DNA of 64,000 nt from Trichoplax sp. H2 (Eukaryota): the NCBI GenBank assembly GCA_003344405.1, contig NOWV01000280.1, positions 1-64,000 of the forward strand, in the 5' to 3' direction. Positions 41,201-52,600 of the stretch are shown here, piece by piece. Every line of letters starts with the position of its first letter. The first letter of the stretch is position 1. Below the pieces are notes generated by a model. It made no database searches. It had not been told where the DNA came from and saw only the letters and a program-made list of their open reading frames with translations. The position numbers and the translations under genes were made by a program.

Positions 41201-42881
41201 ACAGGTAAACTCTAAACGCCATAAGTAATTAGTTATTACTGTAGATTGCTAAAGACTGATCATCTAGAATGATCTATTACGAAACACCCATTTATTGCCT
41301 AAAAGTTTCAGTACTCTGTGCTAATGTTAAGGTAATGGATAAATGCGCTAATTTCTTGGCATCAAATGAATACCGCATGCGTATAAAGTTATTGGAAGTA
41401 ATAAAAAATGGTATACTATCTTTATCTAAATTTGAAAGTAAGTTAAAAGAATAATAAATAGCCGAACCTTGTGCGTTCCATGTGATGTAATGACTGAATT
41501 CAAAGGGCTACATTTTGATGATACCAGGTTGAATTTTTCATAGCATAAGAATTTGCATTTATCCTTGCTAGATGATTTACTTCCAGCCATTCACAAAATT
41601 TGGAATCCTTTCATCAGGCGATTCACTGATGGCAACGTAACTGTCCAGATTAAGGTAAAGTATTAACTGTCTTCGCGTTGCAGACACCACGGTCACTGCC
41701 AGGTTTATGATACTGCCTTGATAGATAACGCTAGCAGCTACTGTATAATTTAGGGACTTTTAGTGTGTATTAAGGCTGAACTTTTCCACAAAACTATTAT
41801 CCATTATATAGTTGGATAGTTTCAAAATTCATGCTCTTAACAATTATTTATTGTAGGCAATGGAAGTATTATCTGTTATGGCTCAATTGTGCGGAGAATT
41901 TTTACAAAGAAGAATATCAAAGGAAATTATCCCTACCGCTTGCAAGTATCTTACTACTCAAGCTAACATCAGGTTTTTTCAAGATATCTTAATGAAAATT
42001 GAATTGTGCTTTTACTGATGTACTCGTGCATAGACGGTACTTTCGACTTTTGAATTGATTTTTTTAACGGTTATCATTTTTCTCCAAGTGCCAAGTGTGA
42101 TTTCAATTCCTACCAGTAAGTTAATGCAACATAAGTTCTTAACTATTGTACAGAGTAAATTTAGTGTAAAATTAGGCTTATTATGATTGTGGTCCTTATT
42201 TCATCTTGAAAATAGATTCAAACGAGAATATAAGTTGCAAATGGCGATATTGAAGAATTTTTCTATAATATTTTCAAACGTTAGTTTTAAATTTGATATA
42301 TTACGGAAAGTTATATTCCCAATGAAATTATAAATTATTCGATTAATGATTGCTTTATTCCGTAGATTCAGGTACTAAATTCTGATTACGCTGAAGTATC
42401 ATTTGCAGCTGTATGTTATCTAAGTATCAAACAACCAGTTCCATTACAAGAGGTAAGCAAACTATGTAATGCTCTAATGCCAGTAAGTCTGCTAGTTAAA
42501 TGACGTTTTAATAAATGATGTTCTGGCACTTATTTACAGGTTGCTAATAACCTATTAGTGACTTTATCACAACAAGAACAAGACCTTGTTTGGTTTATTT
42601 TACATGATATATACACAAGTGAACCTTTGGAACATCCTGATTGTCAATTTCGGCGACTACATGTAAGCTTCGATACTAAAGATTATAATTGCCTCTATAC
42701 TCCTACGCTGTACCAATTAAATGACCGTTACGTTATCATAATCGGATAAAGCGAATTATGGCTGACTAAAGATAACCCTTGTTTCATGCCATATATTTAC
42801 TTATAGATGAGTCCACCTCCTAGCGAAATAAAAGCAGAGTTTTATACCAACGTTATGAAACTTTTACAAACTATTGAGTAA
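35286..42881 (+). CDS. TTI1: TELO2-interacting protein 1 (TTT complex, HEAT-repeat protein); many short exons
   Basis: The N-terminus F.KFRPVC...LTEYVIFPIRVIL matches TTI1 as I recall it. Internal motifs include ICEEIK, LGHLIS.LL, IFIPGISTAL, HPKRDMEWFKTT, CLLMEGLA, IGDNIDYLVN.I.L.LR and LLPAIHKIW.PF..RF. The C-terminus reads YLS.KQP..LQE...DLVWF.L...YTNVMKLLQTIE* (stop 42879-42881). Confidence 0.9.
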
Positions 42882-42979
42882 AAATAATAGCATAGAAATA
42901 TGTAATAACAAACAATGCAACTGTTGTCCTAATATTGCCATATACATAAAATGAAACTTATTTGAAGTAAAATATCTAT

Positions 42980-45581
42980 TCATTTTCTCCTTATTAAGCT
43001 TTGGACGCCTCTTAAAATACCATTATTTTCTTTTATATCAGTTGCCACACTATTGAGAATACAGATAAGCTACACTCTTAGCTTAATTAAATGACGGCGA
43101 GCAATTTTAAAACGATTAAAACTGGAAAATAATGATTGATTTACCTCTGTTGCTGTAAACTACCATTGTTACTATTTTTATTGATGGTAATGCCCTTCGA
43201 AGCTGTTTCTTCATCCAAATTTAGGTCTAATCGAGACTCATTTAAGTAATGCAAAGATTTAATTTCTCTCAAGTTTTGATCAGCGGCAGAAAACGGTGAT
43301 AGGGCAGTAAATATCTAAACGATAAAGAGCGGTAAAATTTTTGTTAAGTTTCATTAAGATGGTCACGTTAGCGTAATGGTACAACGACATAGTAGTTAGC
43401 CCTCCTAAATTTAGGGTATCCATTTTTTATTCCCTTACTTCGCTCAGACGAGAACTTTCTTCGCTTGGGAACTGTTCCAATCGACTAATATAAAACCTTT
43501 TTAATAAACTAGCTGGTAAAGTACCTTCCAATTCGATCAATAGGTCAATTTGCATGATATGGCGTTTATAAACAGCATTTTGACGAATTTTATCGATGTC
43601 ACCAACAGCTAAACCGACCTAAATATTGACAAAAGCAAAATAGCTTAATATTAGTACATACACAACTTGGACATAAACTCATATATGCAACACCTTTACC
43701 ACATTATTAGCGTACTAGGGTAATTTTATTCCAAATTCCAAGTAATGTATACTATGGCGAATACCCGTAGTAATAGAGTAACTATTGAACGCGAATATCA
43801 CTTTATTTACCAGCAAGTTAATAATGATAATAACCATCATTAAACAAAATACGATGAAGACTATCACTCCAACAGGATGTGCTTTGATGAGATTGCTTAA
43901 ATTCGGATCGATTGTTAGTTCACCAAGCATCATTAGGAAAGTAGTAAAAAGTGCATCAGCCATCGATTTAAAAACTGTCTTAACCTAAAATAGAAAGCCG
44001 ATATGACTTTACGTCATTGCAATAATTGATTTGACCGAAAACCTTTGCATTGCGTGATATGACATCGCTGTCTGCATTCAACAACATTAGGACATTGCAC
44101 AATAGTACTAACTCTAACAAATTTAAGTAAAGTGATCAAAAATATGTATTTTACTACTATGATAGCATCAGTTACAAGTACTATACTTCCAACAGTTGAA
44201 TTCTCATTATATAATATAATTAAAAGGTAGTTAATTAGAATTTATTATCACATCTGCATAAAACTGGGCTGTTGTAGTCGTTAGTGACGGCAATCTGTAT
44301 GCTGAATTACAGTACGATTTTAACTCAATTAAAGTAGAAATAATTTTCGTGCCAACTTTATATGCTAAAAACACGTATTACCTCTTTAGTATATAGAACC
44401 ATAAAGGCACATCCAAAAGCAAATATGAAAATTACTACCAATATTAGAACCTATATGAATCAGTATCATTAATTAGATTTATAAAACTAGTAATGAAGCA
44501 TATAGATGTGATTACTTCCTCTGTAATTTTTATTAGCATAAACCATTGTATACTGTACCCTTATGCATCTAAATTTCATTCTACTTAACTAGCTATCGCT
44601 TCAAATTGCGAATATCACAATAAATACAATATTAGTAAATGTAATAGAATAAAATTACAAATTTGATTTACTCATGCAAATGAAATTTTTATATAACATA
44701 ATGTTAGTATTTCGTTTCTAACGATCTAGGCCCACGCAAATCTGAGATTTATTGTTAGACAGGAGCTGCTTACAGTAGCATGTAACTAAATCTACCAATG
44801 AATATATTAGAATTATAGTCTATTTTTGCTACAATTTTATTGATAAAAATATTGAAATTTGATCGATTGATTAAAATACCTGAAATAATGTTATTAGCAT
44901 AGTTGATATCATGATAATATATATTCCATGGAAGGAAATCCTAATTCATAAAGAAGGTAACCACCTTAGCTTTAAGATAGATAAACTGTGAGACAACTTT
45001 CAGAATGACTTGAAAACTGTCAATACAAGTATACGAATCCTATAGATAATAGATTATTAACTTTATAATTCAAAAATTTAGTAATTTAAAGCCTTAAATA
45101 GTAGACACCAAAGTTAGAAATTTAGATACACCATAAAGTTTAAAAATCTCGTACCTTCGTACATATAAGATTAAATCTAACCACCCTGCCAGAATAGCTA
45201 ATGCGCCAAAGTTTCGTTGATAACTACTCTTATATTCATTGCAGGGTATTACGTATAAAAAGGTTGAAATATATAGAGTAATTTCCAGCATGTTGGTAAA
45301 ATCAAAATACTTTAATCTCTGAAACAAGAAGATCATAAATTATTAATTAGATCTTAGATATCTCATGTTAAAACCATACCAGAAGTTAAAATCCGGAGTC
45401 ATTTATTACTATTAATATTTTATCTAGTTATCGTATTACTTTGCTCATATAATAAGTCTGAATTTCGCCGTACTAGTATTACCTGATGAAATAATTGCAC
45501 CATTTCTTTGAACAGGATAAGTGCACAAAAAATGATTAATACTGTTTCCGTACCGGTACAGCTTGAACATCTCAGTATAAG
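42980..45581 (-). CDS. TRPA-like cation channel, S2-S6 plus C-terminus; S1 and ankyrin N-terminus not located
   Basis: In-frame exons read LILRCSSCTGTETVLIIFCALILFKEMVQLFHQ (45581-45483), RLKYFDFTNMLE...GWLDLILYVR, ISFHGIYIIM, FIFAFGCAFMVL, pore LFTTFLMMLGEL, and S6/TRP-like IIINLLVGLAVGDIDKIRQNAVYKRHIMQIDLLIELEGTLP. Stop TGA is at 42980-42982. Confidence 0.8.
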
Positions 45582-46096
45582 CTAGAAAGGTATAAAAATT
45601 AACAGACTTTTGGTAAGAATCCACAGCTTCAGAATCAGGGTTAACCCTTTTTAGCATTTATATTACAGCAAAATATCTTCATTTCTTTTAATTATTCAGG
45701 AAAGCAATATTTTAAGACATCGGAACTTAAATTGCGTTTCAGGAGATATCCATTACTATACACTGCAATTATGTATTTGACTTAAAATTATTTTGCAACG
45801 CTTTACTTAATTTGATAAATCATTGACTGTGTAAAGTCACTATAAATATGCAAAAATATATAACAAAAAGAAACTGTAAAGACGAATGTTACGGAGCAAA
45901 GCACCGTACTTGCTAATTAAATAGATTTTGTCAGTATTTAGCTAATGGATCATATTGGCAAGCGTAATTGAAATTAAGAATATTAATGTCTAGATTGCTA
46001 GACGACAAAAGGCATAATTGTATTTGCAATTAATTAGTAGAGCCTATATACAGTAGATATTAATAATGGCGATACGTTAGCACCCGCTACGTACGC

Positions 46097-46220
46097 GCGA
46101 TTATCATGCATTTATCGTGCGATTATCGCGCATTTATCGTGTGATTATCGCGCATTTATCGTGCGATTATCACGCATTTATCGTGTGACTATCGCGCACT
46201 TATCGTACGATTATCGCGTA
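46097..46220. repeat. CpG-rich minisatellite, 22-bp unit (two related 11-mers) x ~5.6
   Basis: The consensus gcgattatcgcgcatttatcgt repeats in tandem with C/T and G/A variants. Confidence 0.9.
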
Positions 46221-46514
46221 TACAAATCATGTAAATCTTATATTGTCAAGTTACTATGTGTGCACCATAAATTTAGTGGAATGGTATAAAAGGACGAGCG
46301 AATGCTCAGTTCTTGAGTTCCTTATTAGATCGTGTACGAGAAGGTACTCGGCTACTCTACTAATAAAAACTATACTAATCTTTTAGAACAGTCTTATCTC
46401 TGTGTGACCGAAAGTAGTAAAGAACTACTTTACAGTAGATTTCCAGGTGTAGTGGAGCAAGGCATAAGTAATCTATTAGTTAATGTAGTAGTTCGCAACA
46501 TAAGTTTGTGACAC

Positions 46515-46780
46515 TAATTCAGTAAATGATTTCAAAGTTAATCGTACTATGACTCATGAACTATTGAGGAATAGTATATAAATGCAGTATATCGTGTAAT
46601 AAAATGGATTCTTAAACTTAGTGTTTAACGTAAAATACGAGGCGTCTAAGTCTTTGTATAGTCTGCTAGTAGAGCAAAAGTGTTTCTGATAGTGTAGATA
46701 TCATTCCTTGATACGTGGTTCAAGGAATTGACTTATTGATCGTACTTTACGTTATCTTGTTGCAAAGCTGTTTTGTGACA
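46515..46780 (-). mobile_element. Partial copy of the LTR-like repeat family seen at 50240-50870
   Basis: It is the reverse complement of ~50240-50510 and ends at ...gctgttttgtgaca, the reverse complement of the element's TGTCACA terminus. Confidence 0.75.
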
Positions 46781-47069
46781 AGCTGCAAAGACCAACTAGT
46801 ATAGTAATTCTCTAAATAGACAAAAAAAAAGTTGTTTTCATATGCTGGTGCTAGCTTATAAAAGGCTATAAATTGATCTTATCCCTTGCAATGGTATCTG
46901 ATAGATCATCTGTTTACACGTATACTGTATCCATTGCCTAATTCGACAATAGCTGAATTCAGATTGCATGTTCATAGTTTCAGTATTCTGATCCTAAAAT
47001 AAAATTCTTGAAGCCTAGACCAGATTAAGTTACTACAGAAACTATCGCATACTATATATATCTATATAT

Positions 47070-47648
47070 ATAATAGGGAATGCAAATTATCTACTTACAG
47101 TTCGAATCATTGTGATTATAACTTACTTATGATAGATTATAAATTATCGTGGAAATGTTTCGTGATAGGACATATCGTAATCTGACTATTCTGTATTAGT
47201 CATCAGATGTCTATGTTCGTAAATACTGTTGTCTGCACTAGTACAAACTCCCGTCGCTTTACGATAATGTTAGGGTTTGTTTATAATTAACAGATAGTAT
47301 TACCATTTGATAGACCTGTCAGATAATATTATCGTAAACCATCAGCAAAGCGACGGGAGTTTGTACTAGTTAATATCTAATTCAGTGAATGATTCCAAAG
47401 TTAATCGTACTATCTAAGACTCATGAATTATTGAGGAAGAGTATATAAATGCAGTATATCGTGTAATAAAGTGCATTCGTAAACCTAGTGTTTAACGTAA
47501 AATACGAGACATTTAAGTCTTTGTGTAGTCTGCTAGTAGAGCAAAAGTGTTTCTGATAGTGCAGATATCGTTGCCTGATACGTGGTTCAAGGAATTGACT
47601 TATTGATCGTACATTACGTTATCTTGTTGCAATGTTGTTTTGTCACAG
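47070..47648 (-). mobile_element. Longer partial copy of the same LTR-like family, interrupted by a TIR element
   Basis: It is the reverse complement of ~50240-50710 (gggaatg...cttacagttcgaatcattgtgatt...gttgttttgtcaca). Confidence 0.78.
47237..47370. mobile_element. 134-bp MITE-like element with perfect 24-bp terminal inverted repeats
   Basis: ACTAGTACAAACTCCCGTCGCTTT (47237-47260) and its exact reverse complement (47347-47370). The segment is absent from the homologous position of the 50.5-kb copy. Confidence 0.75.
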
Positions 47649-49607
47649 GGGATAATTGCAATTATAGTAGCCTTCTAAAGATCACGTAATGTTTGAGCTT
47701 AAGCAATGGCGTCGTGCAGAAAAGGGTCGACAAGAGTAATACCGACAGTGCAAAGATAATATTAGTTTTCTCAATGCAAGCTTGAGAGTTTTATTGATAA
47801 CTGCCATAATCTAGGATCAAAAAGGCTCTAATATCTAAAAAAATTCCTTGTTTATTAAGTAGAAGCTAAGAATCACTGGCAATAAATTAAAGGATCTTAT
47901 CATCAGTATTTGCTCGGTCATTATCTTCATATAATTAAGGTTCAATATGAAGAGTTCATATAGCGGTATTTTTTTCAATTGTATAAAGAACTATTTGATA
48001 TCGCATACTAATTATGCATAGTCCATCTTGCAGCTAAATCAAATATAATATCAGCACCAGATCATTCTATAACCATAACTATTAACATAACAGCTATTAT
48101 AAAAATGATGAATAATTACAGGTGATTTCTTTAGCTATGGCTTACAAGCTGTTTAAATAGTTGATGAAAAGTACTCTTGGAATTTAAAAATTATAAATAT
48201 TTGCAGGACGATCTCTAAATTTTTATGCACAAATTTGGATAGCATTAGCGAGATTGCTACACCTAAATGTTTTGTACTCTCGATATCGGATCAACTTGTT
48301 TTATGATGTATTTCAAAGGCATTTACCAATACAGTTATGGAAATCTTGCGGACGCTTTCGTAATCAATAAAACTATAAGAAATTGCTTGATATTAAGAAA
48401 GTACATTTTGTGATGTATACATTATTTTTATGACGCGCTTAGCATCTACTTTAATATCAGTAATGTTTATAGTCTCCTTAACTGTACGTTTTGTGCTTAA
48501 CTGTAGATACATAAACGACCCTTAATCTAGCATTAGGTAGATTGAAATAGTAATTGCTAACTAGAATGTATTTATTACCTCGAATGAGGTTATAATTAAA
48601 ATGACAGCTTCTAAGTTTAGATGAAATATCTTTGTAACATAGAATAATATATATTTGTTAAACTGTGATAAGGAATCGCTTAATCTAATACTAGCAGGGT
48701 AAATTTAATACCATAGAAATAGACTGCATTTAATACGTGATATTGAAAAGTCTTTAGTGTATCAACTTGATTCACTTCTAAAATACGAGGTGATTTACAT
48801 AGTTAAATCGGTTTTAAGATGCTAAACTTAGGTAAGCTTCAGTCGCACCATACATTAAGTACTGCAGACTGTGATTTCTAGCGAGATTGAAGCCCTTAAT
48901 GTATTAAGTCTTAATTATATCTACATAGGAATATCAACTGACAGGTATTTCAATTTACGGTAGGATAGATTCAAAAACACATTCGTAACTTATATTGCAA
49001 GATAGGAATACTCCTAGATCGCAATGGTAATATCAGATGATAATGCTATCTTTTCCAATTTATAAATTTTACAGGCTTACAGTTTTCAATTGGATTGTTG
49101 ATAATTTACTTTACAATAGCGCTTTTTTAATACAAAATATTTAATGAAGTCACCTTTTATATCACATTTAAGATAACTAGATAAAATTTATATTGATCGA
49201 TAATGTAGGTAATTTACACTTAAATTTTATAGGTTTATGCTATTCATTTCACTCTGGTAATAGGATTTGTTTGAAGATCGATAATAAATACTTTTTTTTC
49301 TGCCTTATCTTGAAAATGGATTGCAATCTTTTTTTAGATCTAAATAATTGCTTTACATTGACCCCTAGGTTAAGAATAATTTTACAAGCCAGATTAAAGA
49401 CATTTCAATAGTAAAAATTTTTAAAATTTATTTAACGTATTAAAATTAAATAAATAGTAGATAATACAATTTTACTTTCAGCTTAAAACAGCTAATTTCT
49501 ATCGATTAACGCTCAACCACTAAATTTCCTTTTACAACAGTAATAGTTATAATTTACTGCAGCTTACCCCTACTATTGCAATGGCCTCATGTCTTGTATC
49601 AAAAGCC

Positions 49608-52600
49608 TTACTTCTGATTATTTCTATGGAGGCTCTCAATTCCTCAATTGTTTTATGCAACTAACAAATATCAACATCAAATATTTAGTTTAAAAGATTA
49701 GAGTGTTATTAAAAGAAAGATTTTTATCAGCAATATTTAATAAAAAATTTTAGGTATATTCTACTGAGGAAATGGTGGAACAATCTTTAACTAATTGAAA
49801 TGACATTTTCTATTAAATCATCAACTTACTTCAATAATTTCATCATCTTTTTCTTTTACAATGTCTTCAGTGTATCCTCCTGTCTGAGACTGCACTGTAT
49901 TTGTCTAAATGAAGCATGAAAGTCTTTAGCTTATTCAGTAGTCTTAATATCAAGGGATTAATAAAATTTATGCTGATCATGCTGCAATTGCTGAATCAAG
50001 AAGACTATTTCCATTATTTTAGCATTCTAGTTTTATTGATATTCAGTTCTTCACTTGTCAAAAAAGATACCAATATAATAATATTCTTCTAATATATAGT
50101 TTAAGTAGTCCTGAAATTTGACTTTCTTAGAGATTTAGATATAGGTAGATTAAATGAATAGTCATTAAAATAATTGACTGCAGATTGAAAGTACTGTCTA
50201 ACTCACTTTAAGCATGCTATAGTGATTACAAAATGTCAATGTCACAAAACAGCTTTGCAACAAGATAACGCAATATACGATCAATAAGTCAATTCCTTGA
50301 ACCACGTATCAAGGAACGATATCTGCACTATCACAAACACTTTTGCTCTACTAGCAGACTACACAAAGACTTAAATGCCTCGTATTTTACGTTAAACACT
50401 AAGTTGGACAATTCTTCTTTATTTCACGATATACTGCATTTATATACTATTCCTCAATAGTTCATGAGTCATAGTTAATACAATTAACATTAGAATCATT
50501 TACTGAATTAGATATTAATTTTAGCTACTGCTCCCTTAATGCAGACAACAGTATTTACGAACATAGGCATATAATGACTAATACAGAATAGTCAGATTAC
50601 GATATGTCCTATCACGGAACATTTCCATGATAATTTACAGTCTATCATAAGTAAATTACAATCACAATGATTCGAACTGTAAGCAGAGGATTTTCATTCC
50701 CTATTATAACTATTAATTTCAGTATGTGTATAAGTGTCACTGTCATAAAAAGTCAGTGCTATATTAAAATACAGTATATCCAAATTGGAAGTTAACTAAA
50801 TAAGGATAGTCTGATAGAATTATCCTAACATAGATATTTCTACTCTAATACAGTATATAACACTGTAACAGTCAATTACTTTAGAATTTGCTTACTATTG
50901 ATAGCAATTACATGAACAAAAGCAGTACTTGCAAATGTACTGCCAATGCAATTGCCGTAACAAATAAAGTAAAAAATAATCAGTTTGCCAAAGTTTGTAA
51001 AGAGGAAATTAATGCTAAGATTAGTAAATTGTGCACTATGAGCCAAGTGCTGTCCATCTGAATATCTATGTATCGTACGACTNNNNNNNNNNNNNNNNNN
51101 NNTATAGTTTAAGTAGTCCTGAAATTTGACTTTCTTGGAGATTTAGTTATAGGTAGATTAAATGAATAGTCATTAAAATAATTGACTGCAGATTGAAAGT
51201 ACTGTCTAACTCACTTTAAGCATGCTATAGTGATTACAAAATGTCAATTACTTTAGAATTTGCTTACTATTGATAACAATTACGTGAACAAAAGCAGTAC
51301 TTGCAAATGTACTGCCAATGCAATTGCCGTAACAAATAAAGTAAAAAATAATCAGTTTGCCTAAGTTTGTAAAGAGGAAATTAATGCTAAGATTAGTAAA
51401 TTGTGCACTATGAGCCAAGTGCTGTCCATCTGAATATCTATGTATCGTACGACTCAAAGGATGTTCTTCCCTACGTCTTTCTGCTATAGGACTCGATCGA
51501 TTATCACCTAACATCAGAGGGCTCAAGTAAACCGTATGTCCCTCCTCAAATTAAATTATAAATCTAGATTATGATAAAAAAGAAGCTAATTTATAGTGTA
51601 ATTACATAAGCATAACTGTTACTATCAGTACTTGGACAATACGGTATAATAGGAGCAAGTAATTTTCTTTACAACGTATCTGAAATACTAAAAATGGTGT
51701 TATCAGAGAAAACTTATCTATGTTATCTATCTAAAATGTGAGAAGAAATCTTGTATAAAAAGTTAACTCGAAACATAAAAATACTTTATATATTATTCCA
51801 GATTCGTAATTATTTAATTGTATACTACAGCAAGCAATAAATACTAGATAAGGTTACTTTTGAATAATAAAGTATTCACAGTACAGTAGAAAATTCTTGT
51901 TATAATTTTGTGCCACTAATCACTATTTGCAATGCTGTCTTTAAGACTATGTTTGCTTGATTAACAATATAACTATTCATTATTGACTTACGACTCCTCT
52001 CGATCTGATTGTCGATTTAGGTCGGTTTTCCAGAGTTCCAATCCGTGATAGTGATAATCCTTGCCGTTTAATTTTAGCAATCTTTTTTATTAAATAAAAA
52101 TCACAAGTTACATTAATTACGCTTATTGGAGCATTTATCACGGTAATTGTAAATACTGAACTTTGAAATCTACAACCTAAACTTGTAATCGATTCATTTA
52201 TAAAGTAAAATCCGGCAATATTAGATATTATGTGCATGATAATTGCAGGTGATCTAGTATTATTGCCAACAGCAAGCGACATGTTATACTACTTTAGTAA
52301 TACTAGAATAGTTCCTTCAGTAATCTTGCCTTAGGTATAAATATTAAGCATGTTGATCCAGTCGTTGACAGCAAAATAAAGGCAGATAGCATAGCAAATC
52401 GAATGGCAGACTGGCTAACAGCTAATCCCACAACAACTGCTGTTCCAGCGAAAACACTGACATTATAAATAGCTAAACCTATATACTTTGAGTCATTCGC
52501 AGCAGTAATGTAGATATTACGAGTTCTCCAAGCCAGCGATAACCCAAAAGCTAACAGAACTCCGTTAATGCCTAACATAGTTATCTGCCATACAGCGGGC

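Noticed and set aside
46515..47648. Intact TRIM or LTR element formed by the two same-orientation repeat copies
   Set aside because: The copies share only one end. I saw no PBS, PPT or flanking TSD.
51248..51526. 92-aa ORF from the track
   Set aside because: It is intronic, lies partly within the duplicated segment, and has no recognisable motif.
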